DNA of 64,000 nt, taken from the NCBI RefSeq assembly GCF_006345805.1, contig NC_043002.1, positions 53,444,001-53,508,000 of the forward strand, in the 5' to 3' direction. Shown here one piece after another: positions 27,122 to 38,354 of the stretch. The number at the start of each line of letters is the position of its first letter. The first letter of the stretch is position 1. The translations under genes and the position numbers were made by a program. The DNA is from Octopus sinensis (Eukaryota). Under the pieces are notes generated by a model. That model searched no databases and was not told the DNA's origin. It saw nothing but the letters and a program-made list of their open reading frames with translations.

Positions 27122-30100
27122 TACAACTCCAACTATGTATCCACAAACATCTTTGTCTTGGAATCGACCTCCTCAATCATTACCACTGTCAACATCTCTT
27201 CTACCTACTACTACAACTACTACTACTAATGCTATCTCAAGGAATTTACCTCCTACAGGTCACAAAGGTCGCCAAAACTTCAACAAACTATCATCTACAC
27301 CTTTCACAACTCACACACACACACGCACCTACACACCCACTCGAAACCCCATCATTTGCCGATATTCTCTTCGCCATAGACTGTGCACTGATAGAGACTG
27401 CAAATTCACCCATTTACCTGGAACAAAACGCTCTATCCCCACAAACTACAACAGCAAGCACCATAATACAACACCACCACAACCACCAATATCTCAAACA
27501 AGGAATCCCCAAATCTGCCGCTATTCCCAGCGAGACAGATTGTGTCTGCACAGGGATTGCCCCTTTACCCATCTCCCGGGGACTCGTCGGACATTTAAAG
27601 ATAACCACTCACATAAAAATAGCCGCGGCCACAGTCACCTGCGGTTCCCTAGACAGGAAACCACCTCTTCTTCCTCTTTTTTAGCTATGATGAATCTAGC
27701 AAATGAACTGGAAAAAAACATCCGAGCTATCACCCACCACCATCCACCACAAATACCCCCACTGCACATGCCATTAAAAAGCAATCAAATAAACAAATCA
27801 CCAAAACAATTAAAACCATCCACTCTCGCCTCAACATTTCTGCTTAATGCCCAAGGCATCAGCCCTTCCACCAATACACAAAAATGGAAGATAAGATTCC
27901 TGGAGGACTGGGTCGAGGCCCATCCAAACCACATCCCTTTCTTCGTCCTCACTGAAACACATCTTAGTGACCTCCACTTGGAAGCCGAGGTGAAAGTTAA
28001 AAATTTCAAAACCATTCGTGCTGATCGTGCTGGCAGAAGAAAGGGTGGGACTGCCATTTATGTCCATGATTCATTCTCAACAGAAGCCATGAACATATTT
28101 TCGAATGGATACTGCGAAGTAGTCGCTGTATTCAGTCAAACCAACAACTTAACAGTAGTTGGGCTCTACAGACCACCCCAAACGCCCCTACCATGCTTCA
28201 AGGAATGCCTCAACAGCATAAAGTGTTTCATTCAGCAGTGTCAACCTGACAACATTTTAATGATGGGAGACTTCAACCTTCCCGGGGTTGACTGGTCTAC
28301 AAACAGTCTGCCGCCAGGTTCTTCTCTCTCAACCCCTGACAGGGAGGCAGTGGAATCGCTTCTTGACTTCATGGATGACTTCTTCTTGTCCCAACTGGTA
28401 CTCGAACCAACGAGATGTCACAAAAACGTCTTAGACTTAATTTTCAGCAATCACACTGATACTATCCACAATATTGCAGTGGAGAAAACCCTACTCTCCG
28501 ACCATGACATGGTTCTCTGTGATCTGAGATTTCACTGGCCAAAATGCAAAACAAATGTCATCCCTCCTGTTCATCCATTTGACACTATGGATTTCCACAA
28601 TGCAAACTGGGAAGCGATCAATAATGATCTTGCACAAGTCGATTGGTCCTTCACGCACACATACACACCCACTAACATTAAAAAGTCCTGGCAGTCACTT
28701 GTAGACACCATCACGAACATATGTGCAAGACACACCCCATTAAGATCTGCAAACAAATCTAAGTGTCGAATCCCTAGAAATAGAAAATCTCTCATAAGGA
28801 AAATTAAAAGAATCAACAAAAAGATCAACATGCTGAAATACTGTCAACAGCAACACACCAACCTGACTGCCATCTCGTCGCTAGAGATTAAAAAACATAA
28901 ACTCCAAAACAACATGATGTCTATCATCAATAGTCAGCGAAGAGCTGAAGAGGCCTGGGCCATTGAGAAGATCAAACTCAATCCCAAAGTGTTCTTTTCA
29001 TTTGCAAAAAAACACAGAGTCACTGGTTCTACTGTTGGCCCTCTGATTGATGAAAATGGTACTCTTCAAGACAATGCCAAAACCATGGGAGAGATATTGC
29101 AGAAACAATATTGCTCTGTTTTCAGCAATCCTGATATGACTGATCTGGGCTGTATCAGTGATGTTACTCCCCAATACACTTTATCGGACATAACATTTGG
29201 CACTCCTGATGTCTTAGCAGCAATAAAGGAAATGAAGCATAATTCAGCAGTAGGTCCCGATAGGTTCCCTGCTTGTGTCTTGAAGATGTGTCAAAACCAA
29301 CTTGCACCCCCTCTAGCCAATCTGTGGCGGAACTCACTGGATGCTGGATATATACCAGAGGACCTTCTATCCCAGTCTGTTGTCCCAGTTTTCAAAAAAG
29401 GAAACAAATCGCTTGCCGTGAATTACCGTCCAATCTCACTCACCTCTCATATCATCAAGGTATTTGAGAGGGTGCTGAGATCGCGTATGACTCACTTCCT
29501 TGAGAGGCATAATATGCTGAACCCCAACCAGCATGGATTCCGTAATGGGAGAGATTGCCTGACGCAGCTACTGCATCATTTTGATGACATTTTGAGAGCC
29601 TTGGGAGAAGGTTCCAACACTGATGTCATCTACCTTGATTTCAGCAAGGCCTTTGACAGGGTTGATCATAAGATCCTTCTGAGAAAGCTGTCCAATATTG
29701 GTATCACTGGAAAGTTGCTGCAGTGGATCAAGTGCTTCCTGTCTAACAGAACCCAACATGTTGTAGTCGAAGGAGTCAAATCCAGCCCAGCCAAAGTCAG
29801 CAGTGGTGTCCCACAAGGCACTGTGTTGGGCCCACTTCTCTTCATCATCTACATAAATGATATTACTGATACCATCAAACACAGTAACATCAGAACCTTC
29901 GCTGATGACTCCAAGCTCCAGAAGGTCATCAATGGCGTGGATGACCGAATAAACCTTCAGTCAGACCTACTGGCTGTTGTCCAATGGGCGGAAAAGAATA
30001 ACATGTTGCTAAATGAAGACAAATTTGAACTGATCCACTTTGGAAGGGAGGACGCTCTGAAACTCCCATACTCTCTTCCTTCTGGAGAAATTCTTATGGC

Positions 30101-30815
30101 ATCCAACAACATCAGAGACCTGGGAGTAACAGTGGACAACAACATAAGCTGGGCTACACATATAAGCAGCAAAGTTGACATGGCCCGCAGAATGTGTTCC
30201 TGGATTCTCAGAACCTTCCAGTCGAGAGATTCCCACGCTATTATCCTTCTCTTCTCCACTTTTGCCCGACCCCACCTTGAATACAGCTGTCCATTGTGGT
30301 CTCCCTACACAAAACAAAATATTATGAGAATTGAAGCTCCCCAAAGGTCAATCACAAAAACGATAGATGGCATGTCAGACCTTGACTACTGGGGTAGACT
30401 AGAGAAGCTGAAATTGTATTCACTCCAACGACGCCGTGAACGCTACATTATCTGTATGATGTGGAAAATATTCCACCAGCACTGTCCGAATGATGTTGGC
30501 ATCACCTTCAAAATGCATCCAGGGCTTGGACCACGTGCCATCCGTCCACAACAAAAATCTAAATCGCATCACATAACGACAATACGGCACAACTATTTCA
30601 CCTCAATTGGACCTGCTCTCTTCAACATTACACCAGGGCACGTCAAAAAGAAACTGACCACACAAAATTCAAGAAGTCTTTGGACAAATTCCTTCAAACA
30701 GTACCGGACAAACCACCCACACCCGGATATGTCTCCGCAAACAATAACTCTCTGCTCGAATGGGCCTTGGTGCCCAAATCCTGAACTGAAAGACTTCACC
30801 AGGTGGTGCTATTAA
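27006..30815 (+). CDS. LINE polyprotein: two CCCH zinc fingers, AP endonuclease, reverse transcriptase and C-terminal domain
   Basis: C-x8-C-x4-C-x3-H at 27357-27413 and 27516-27572. APE motifs LLNAQG, LTETHL, YRPP, GDFN and SDH. RT motifs NYRPISLTS, QHGFR, YLDFSKAFD, GVPQGTVLGP and FADD. C-terminal YSLQRRRERY. The true stop is probably at 30782-30784, after a slip at ~30645. Confidence 0.95.
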   Translation: MTPPVIRVTQQEAPPLPFTAPAAQSSSVSTPSPLLTTTSTTPTMYPQTSLSWNRPPQSLPLSTSLLPTTTTTTTNAISRNLPPTGHKGRQNFNKLSSTPFTTHTHTRTYTPTRNPIICRYSLRHRLCTDRDCKFTHLPGTKRSIPTNYNSKHHNTTPPQPPISQTRNPQICRYSQRDRLCLHRDCPFTHLPGTRRTFKDNHSHKNSRGHSHLRFPRQETTSSSSFLAMMNLANELEKNIRAITHHHPPQIPPLHMPLKSNQINKSPKQLKPSTLASTFLLNAQGISPSTNTQKWKIRFLEDWVEAHPNHIPFFVLTETHLSDLHLEAEVKVKNFKTIRADRAGRRKGGTAIYVHDSFSTEAMNIFSNGYCEVVAVFSQTNNLTVVGLYRPPQTPLPCFKECLNSIKCFIQQCQPDNILMMGDFNLPGVDWSTNSLPPGSSLSTPDREAVESLLDFMDDFFLSQLVLEPTRCHKNVLDLIFSNHTDTIHNIAVEKTLLSDHDMVLCDLRFHWPKCKTNVIPPVHPFDTMDFHNANWEAINNDLAQVDWSFTHTYTPTNIKKSWQSLVDTITNICARHTPLRSANKSKCRIPRNRKSLIRKIKRINKKINMLKYCQQQHTNLTAISSLEIKKHKLQNNMMSIINSQRRAEEAWAIEKIKLNPKVFFSFAKKHRVTGSTVGPLIDENGTLQDNAKTMGEILQKQYCSVFSNPDMTDLGCISDVTPQYTLSDITFGTPDVLAAIKEMKHNSAVGPDRFPACVLKMCQNQLAPPLANLWRNSLDAGYIPEDLLSQSVVPVFKKGNKSLAVNYRPISLTSHIIKVFERVLRSRMTHFLERHNMLNPNQHGFRNGRDCLTQLLHHFDDILRALGEGSNTDVIYLDFSKAFDRVDHKILLRKLSNIGITGKLLQWIKCFLSNRTQHVVVEGVKSSPAKVSSGVPQGTVLGPLLFIIYINDITDTIKHSNIRTFADDSKLQKVINGVDDRINLQSDLLAVVQWAEKNNMLLNEDKFELIHFGREDALKLPYSLPSGEILMASNNIRDLGVTVDNNISWATHISSKVDMARRMCSWILRTFQSRDSHAIILLFSTFARPHLEYSCPLWSPYTKQNIMRIEAPQRSITKTIDGMSDLDYWGRLEKLKLYSLQRRRERYIICMMWKIFHQHCPNDVGITFKMHPGLGPRAIRPQQKSKSHHITTIRHNYFTSIGPALFNITPGHVKKKLTTQNSRSLWTNSFKQYRTNHPHPDMSPQTITLCSNGPWCPNPELKDFTRWCY

Positions 30816-30899
30816 GTTAGACATGGCCTGGGCCAATACTGGCCAAAACCTTTCTAAGTTATTCTAAGTTATATATGTGTGAGTTGGTGTATGCATGTT

Positions 30900-31160
30900 T
30901 TATCTTTTACCTTTTACTTGTTTCCGTCATTAGAAAACGGCCATGCTGGGGCACCGACTTCAAGACCTTTTAGTCAATTGAATCGAGCCCTGTACTTATT
31001 TTGTTTTTGCTAAGCCTTGTATATAGTATATTGTCCTCTTTTGCCGAACCTCTAAGTTACGGGGACATAAACACGCCAACAAGAACTAAGTGATGGTAGG
31101 GGGCAAGCACAGACACAAAGACACACACACACACACACACACCACACGCACACACACACA

Positions 31161-31258
<98 letters not shown>

Positions 31259-31415
31259 CATACAGCAGGCTTCTTTCACTTTCCGTCTCCGAAAAGCACT
31301 CAAAATGATTTTGTCGGTCTGGGGCTGTAGTAGAAGACACTAAGCCAAGGTGTGACACAGTGAGACTGAACCAGAAACGATATGGTTGCTAAGCAACATT
31401 TTTACCACACATGCC
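30900..31415 (-). mobile_element. SINE family A copy with an internal (AC)n/(TA)n expansion
   Basis: Reverse complement of the tail (cggccatgctggggcaccg), the body (ttctttcactttccgtct) and the head (ttttaccacacatgcc). Confidence 0.8.
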
Positions 31416-31489
31416 TGTATGTATGTATATATATATATGTGTGTGTGTCTGTGTGTGTGTGTGTATTTATCTTTTACTTGTTTCTTGTT

Positions 31490-32575
31490 GAGGCAGTTCT
31501 TATTTTTATAAAGACATTATTTTGAGGAATGCAAGTTCTAGTTTGTGGGATTGTGGATGAACACAAATGATATTTCTGTTTGGATCTTCCTTCTCGATGT
31601 GAGAAGTTATCCATAAGTCAGAAATGGGAATGTGTTTTTCCTTGGATATGACATTTTTATTGCCTTTAATGTATTTGATTGAAGAGGAATACTTACAGTT
31701 CTTCTATTCACCTATCTCATCTTGTTGAGTCTGTTTCTATTGCACATATACGTCTTGCCATATTAAATAGGGTTTCTTTTGTCAGAGATGGATAGTATGA
31801 TTTGAAGTCTAAGTGCTAATATATCTCAGTTTCTTCATAAAATAGATCAGCTTAATAATCTTGTTTTCCAATATTATAACGATGTCTAAAAGTACAAATG
31901 TTCTTTAGTTCATTTCAATTGTGATTGTCATCGATTCATGAATGTTATTGACCAATTTTTAAAATCTTGTATGATTTGTATTTCTGTTCGGAAATATAAA
32001 ACAATCATCGTGAAATATTTTCCAATTTTCTTTTAAATACGTTTTGAAGCCCTGAACAAAAATAACTCAATATTATATTGGACAGATATTTTTTCTTCCC
32101 AAAAATCTATCACAATTATTACAAAAATTAGTGCAACTTTTGTACCTATAGCCCGTCTCTATTTTTGAAGGCAATATTAGTTGTGAAAAGAAGTAGTTGT
32201 TTTCTAGTACAAATTGTAATCCTGCTAAAATGAGTTCTTTTGAGAACTTCTCCGGAATTCCATCGCCTCCAGTCCCAATTAATGTATTTGTGCGGATATT
32301 AGTGTAAAGGCTTGTCACATTAAAACTAACCTGGATATTTATATATACTCGTTTTAGGATGTCGTATTAATAGTTCATGACAGTTCTGATGAAACTAGAA
32401 ACAATTTTACCCTATAGTTACAAAAGGATATCCAGTAGATTGTTTAATTCTTGGGTGTTTGATATGGGCCTGGTAACAATTGGGTGAACTATTTTGAATA
32501 AGATGATTTGGGATTGCTTACAATATAATATATTATGGAATTGTAATTTGTTATGGTTTCTCTAAAATTGCGAAA
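31490..32575 (-). mobile_element. Decayed Penelope-like reverse transcriptase (Penelope/Neptune-type)
   Basis: Minus-strand frames give RPISNTQELNNLLDILL, VTSLYTNI..LQFVLENNYF (ORF 32073..32318), AIGTKVA..FWEEKI, WKIFHDDCFIF (catalytic DD) and HLDFKSYYP..FNMARRICAI. Confidence 0.85.
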
Positions 32576-33345
32576 TTGTCGATAACCCATAAAGGCTGCT
32601 TGTTTTTACAGGAAACAAATACAAATGTATTTCCGTTGCCCACTCAGTGAATTTGAAAGAAAATTGGGAAAACTACTGATCTCTTCATGAGAAACTAAAC
32701 TTTAACGTCTCCTATTGGGTTGCGTGTGGACACTTAAAGATATTGCTCTGCTCCCAGGCCAATAGGTTGGAGATACTAAATGCCATATTTTTGTGTGTTT
32801 GGCATAGCAAAGATAAGGAAAAATTAGATAAAAAGGACATATTTTAAACCCGAATTAAAAACAAAGGCATCGAGGCAGAACAAGTGATTCATGCAAAGTA
32901 TTGTTACCTCCTCTATTGTTACCTCTATTTATAAAATTTAAACGGCGGGAAAAAGTATGTTAAGGGTTTTGACAAAAATAAAAATTCTTCCAAGCATCTA
33001 CAAAGCAAGTTAAACAAGAAAGATTTTAAAAAGGCAGTTTCTTAGAGTCATAAGTAAGAAAGCTGTCATCCATGACCGTATGTGAGCTTGATCCTGGGAT
33101 TTCATTCAAAAGTATCTTATATAACTGTCTTGGAAAACACAAATACCCTACGCTGATATTAGATGTAATATGATATTGAAAATACATTTTTGACACCTAT
33201 TTCACTTACACTTCTAGAAATCTCGGTAATTTTAGCGATATACAAAGAGAAAAGTCCCAACAAGAGAGCAAATAAATGGAGAAAATACATCAAGATAGCT
33301 GCAACACTACAACAATGGCTGACTGTTGTTGGTCATTAAGAAGTG
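32575..33345 (+). mobile_element. Decayed DDE DNA transposase (Chapaev3-like; family name from memory)
   Basis: Frames give GNKY..SVAHSVNLKENWEN, WVACGHLKI..FLCVWHSK, CNMILKIHF, and NLGNFSDIQREK.QQE.K.ME...TTMADCCWSLRS, matching the SDEQGERFHQD..MADYCWSLKR transposase family. Confidence 0.75.
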
Positions 33346-33477
33346 AAAGACGCTAGAAAGACAACCGTGACTGTACATGTTTTGTGTCGCGTTTTAATGT
33401 TGATAAAATTTCCACTTTGTCTCTGTAAATAACGATTTGTTCTTCAATATCTCTAAACGTTGATGTGAGACATATCT

Positions 33478-34169
33478 ATTTGCAAGGAACGACTCCCAGC
33501 AAACTCCAAATATACATTGGAAGAACAAATTGTTTGTATAGAAAAGCATTGCGAGCAGTGTGATCTAACTGAATAAGGTAACATCTTTTTTTTTTAATTC
33601 AGGGAACCAGGAGAATAAAAAACGTCAAAGCAAATATGAATAACAAAATCAAGAAATCTACTTTATTGCTTTACATGTTCGCATTGAAATGTGTCTTATG
33701 TCGGTCATACAGAAACCGAATTAATACATCGTGGAAGAAATCATAAATGATTTATCTAGGATTCACCTATAAAAATTGTTCCATATACTAATTGGGAACT
33801 CAAAATATGGCCCATTTTCAAAAGAAAGAGAAAATGAAAAGCTTCCAAGTACAAAAGAAAATTTGGTTTATGTCATGCCTTTGAAAGGCAGATGATTGCA
33901 GAAAGCGCTTACACATCTAAATAACGTATATGTCTCCAAAGGAGCTTAATGCTGACCATCTGATCTCTGTTCACTTTTTTTAAAAAGAATATTGTTGATA
34001 ATATATCGAAATGTTGTTTGCAAGGAACGACTCTAAGTAAATTCCAAATATGCATTGGATGAACAAATTATTCATAAACAAAGCGGTGCGAGCAGTGAGA
34101 TTTAATTGAACAAGGTAAATTTTTTAAAATTCAGGGAACCAAGAGAATAAATAAATAAATAATAAATAA

Positions 34170-34256
<87 letters not shown>

Positions 34257-35270
34257 TTATATATTTATATGTGTGTGTGTGTGTATTTGTGTGAGATGAT
34301 TTGAGAAGCGGTGAGGCTGTAAGAATTCAAGGAGGAAATTGACACACTTGCACTTTTAATAAAATGTTTAAGTTTTATCCAACATCATGGTAAAGAAAAT
34401 AGAATTATATGCACGCATATAACCTCGCGACGGGAAAAAAGTGGGCTCGAGTCACACGCGTACGGAAAACACATTTATTTCCGTGGATGTTTTATATATC
34501 CCAATATTAGACTATTTTCTTTAGCCAATACAAAGTGATCTCTTATAAGCTTTAAGCTTATAAACGTTATTTATATATATATATATATTTAAACAGAAAG
34601 CATATTTCTTCTGCTCCTGTATCTAATTGCAAAATTTTGATTACTCACTTATGTCAGGGACCCGACTTTCATTCTAGGACATTATGCATAAATATACTTC
34701 ATGTTACCTCGAATTTCTTTTAAAATGGTATAATAACAATAATAATAATACTAATCTTCTTCTTCTTCTTCTTCTTCTTCTTCTTCTTCTTCTTCTTCTT
34801 CTTCTTCTTCTTCTTCTTCTTCTTCTTCTTCTTCTTCTTCTTCTTCTTCTTCTTCTTCTTCTTCTTCTTCTTCTAACATGATAAAATACCACACAGCGCA
34901 GACTTGTAAGTAATTGTAACGCATCAGTAGAAAAATAGATAGCATATGTTTTGAAGAATGGACTCGCCACAGATGGCGAAGGGTAACAGGAACATGCATG
35001 TTCTGTTCTGTTACCTTTTTTTGCAAGGCGTGCATTGCCTAGTACCCTTAATTTTCTGTCACCCGTTTAATATCACTGCCTTTTGGAAGCAACGGTGTCA
35101 GTGAAAATTAGATAGATGGGTATCCTCTAGTATTTCTCCTTATGGTAGGCCTCTCCCTGGGGTGAGACAGTAAGGGATCAAGGAGGAAATTGACATATTT
35201 GCACTTTTAATAAAATGTTAAAATTTGTTCAACACCATGGTAAAAAAAAGTAGAAAAACATGGACGCAAA
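33478..35270 (+). repeat. Two pairs of diverged direct repeats: ~33478-33620 with ~34015-34150, and ~34310-34420 with ~35161-35270
   Basis: Shared tttgcaaggaacgactc..gcgagcagtg..aattcagggaacca in the first pair and tcaaggaggaaattgaca..gcacttttaataaaatgtt in the second. Confidence 0.75.
34754..34875. repeat. (CTT)n microsatellite, ~120 bp
   Basis: Directly visible; source of the poly-L/R/E ORFs. Confidence 0.97.
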
Positions 35271-36969
35271 CTCTATATTGTCTTCTCATAAATAAAGCAT
35301 CGTACAATCGTGAACTGAATATCCCCTAAGCCACGTGACTTCACTTACAAGTAGATGCAGATATATATTTATTAGAAGACGCAGTGTGGGAAGAATAATT
35401 GGGTGCAGGTGAAAATTAGTTTCAGTTTTTAGTTAAAGCGCGTTAATATTCAGTAAACATTTTTTCATTATTTTGAAATAATAATTCAAAACTAATTCAC
35501 TTCATTATACTTTGATTTATTAATTCTTTATTGTTGTAACTATTCTTTACTCGAAGAAAGGTTAAACTCGATCTGGTCGACTAATGTTAAACGCATTCCA
35601 GATTAAAATACCACCTCTTTTCTAAGAGTATGTGAGACTGCATTATCCAATATCCATTATCCAATGTCCTGTACTTCTATAAGATTGAAGGTAATTTGGC
35701 TGCTAATTCAGAGATGTCGAGTGAGATTAATATTATTATTTTTGCTTTATAGCCGCAGTCTATAAAGTGTAAATAGACTTGCAATTACAGACTCCTACTA
35801 ATTGCCTCCTACACCCGTCCTTTAACCCAGCTGTAGTATCTCTAAGAACTATCTAGAATTATATTATCGAATGTACTTTTCCCTTTTTAGAGAGGCAGTT
35901 TACAAAGAAGACACTAAAACAGGTGCCAAATGTATTTTAAAATTAGACAGTACTCATAGACATACAAAAGAAAAAAAGTAAGGATGTTCATAGCCCACTT
36001 GTTTCCCTTAGGTATATTTAATCATGACTTAGATGTTATTTGTAGAAAGTCTAAATCCTACGTATAAACCTTCCATGTTAGCTTAATTAAATATATATTC
36101 AATTATGAAAAGCAGCATAAAGAAAATTTTGTCTTTCACGAAAAAAACAAAACAAAACAGTAGACCATCAATGGTGTGACTATTCAGTTCGAAATACTCC
36201 CTGGCAGATTCAAACGGGAATTTCTGATCATTATTCTTTCTCGTCGTCAGAAAACACATCTACCATTTAGGCAATGTACATTCATACCACACACGATTCA
36301 CCGGGGTAAGGAGACTTTCCTACCCTATTTTCTAAACCATCAATTTTACTTCTGTTTATTCCGTTTTTACTGTTATGTATATGATGGAGACTATTGAAAT
36401 CCATTGCAGTTAATATTCGTCAAATATTAATTCTGGAAATTTTAACTGCAATTTTATCTGCTTATTTAAATGACAAATTTATCGCATTCTTTCTAAACAC
36501 CATCTTTAAAAATAATTGCCAAAAATTATTATTCAATCCAGATTTCTAATAAGGTAGTTATTAATAATATTTTTGAAAAGCAATCTCCTTGATTAATAAA
36601 TAAGAGATTTGAAAATATTTAGAAAATATTTTCAAATAAATTATTTATTTATTTGTTTCCATTTCTACTATTTGTTTTCACACGATTAGTTTCCTTTAGT
36701 TTTAGTAGTAGTTTTATGAATCTAACCAATACTAAACTATTTTATTTTGTGGCGTCTAAGATTTATCGCTTTTCACTCAGACGTCTAATTTTTGTTATTG
36801 TTCAACAGTAGATCAGCTCTGATTAAAAGTATTCCTATCAAGACTTATTTGGGGTGTGGGGGTGGGGGTGGATACAATATATCAAAGACAATTTTCTCGA
36901 AGTTTTCATTCACTTTTTAGGAAATTAGAGTGTGATATAAGCGAACTCTGACGTATATTCCCCATCTTA

Positions 36970-37088
<119 letters not shown>

Positions 37089-37637
37089 ATTATAATGTAA
37101 ACTGTATATCTTAAAATGTCTAGTCCAAATTTCTTTGGCGTTGGTTATCTTTAGTGCTACGGCTATAAACGCAGCAGAGATTTATTTCATGGGTATTAAG
37201 CATGTGGTTAAGTGATATTAAGAATTTTATCCTGGATTTTAATGAGTGAATTGAATTAATGAAATAGAATTTGGCTATAATTAGAATGAAAATTTGGTCA
37301 TAGATCCAATTTGTCCAACACGCATTATTGCAACATGTCAATGTTCAGTTAAAATCTAACAGTACTTAAGAAGTTGCTACTAAGAGAAATGATAATGCCA
37401 ACCTGTGATTTAGACGCCGTAGTTCTGCGACGATTCGCATATTAATATACAACCAGAATAATCCAATGCAATGAAAGATGGTGACATCACTCTTGAAGGA
37501 GAGATACTACAAAACTACTGATAACTGAATAACTTTGTATTCTAAACATTACAAGTGAGGGGAGTTTGAATATGTTTGAATCAAGTGTCAGGCGGACTTA
37601 TAGAATTGAGCTGTTTGTTGGAAATGCAGGAGTAACT

Positions 37638-37995
37638 GACAGGCGTAACTGTGTAGTAAGAGACTTGCTTCACAATGAAACAGCTTCGTGTACGGTCAGA
37701 CTGTGTGTTATCTTGGGCAAGCGTTTTATTTCTACCGTAACTTCGGGCCGAACAAAGCCCTGTGAGCGTGTGTGTGTGTGTGTTGTGTGTGTGTGTGTGT
37801 GTGTGTCCAAATCACTTGACAATCGGCGTTGGCTTGTTTACTGCTCCGTAACTTAGCGGTTCAGCGAAAGAGGCTGAGAAAATAAGTACTAGACTTTAAA
37901 AAAGTGCTGGGAACGATTTGGTTGACTAAATCCCTTCAAAGCGGTGCCACTGCATGGCCGCAGTCCAGTGACTGAAACATGCCAAGGATAAAACA
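37638..37995 (+). mobile_element. SINE family A copy
   Basis: cttgggcaagcg..cgggccgaacaaagccctgtgag..gtaacttagcggttcagc..gcggtgccactgcatggccgcagtccagtgactgaaac. Confidence 0.75.
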
Positions 37996-38310
37996 TATCG
38001 TTAAGTCTTTGTGTTTTAAATATCATTTTCATGAATATATTTCATAATATTTGTTCGACTACAGCAGAAGGTGTGTTGGTTGTGATGATGGTGGGGCTCT
38101 ATAGATCAAACATCACAGAGAACTTCATGAAAAAATCGGATATTAGGTTCCTGGACAATATTTATTTGCTCCGATGATAGACATCAGCGTATGTATGATT
38201 GTATGTATGCAGGCATCCTTGCATGTATGTACACATGTATGTATGTAAGTGCATATATGCATACACACACACACACACACACACAGACACACACACACAT
38301 ATATATATAT

Positions 38311-38354
<44 letters not shown>

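Larger units (their letters stand above)
26594..30871 (+). mobile_element. Near-intact APE-RT non-LTR retrotransposon (CR1-like group or Proto2; clade needs an RT phylogeny)
   Basis: Continuous coding potential apart from two 1-nt slips, a short 3' UTR, and a (TTCTAAGTTA)2 tail at 30852-30871. The 5' boundary lies somewhere upstream of the ATG and is unresolved. Confidence 0.95.

Noticed and set aside
25839-30880. Candidate TSDs for the intact LINE (tatatgtgt at 25839 or atatatgt at 26029, versus 30871-30880)
   Set aside because: Low-complexity, two competing matches, and an unrelated hammerhead-family repeat lies between them and the ORF; the 5' end is left undefined.
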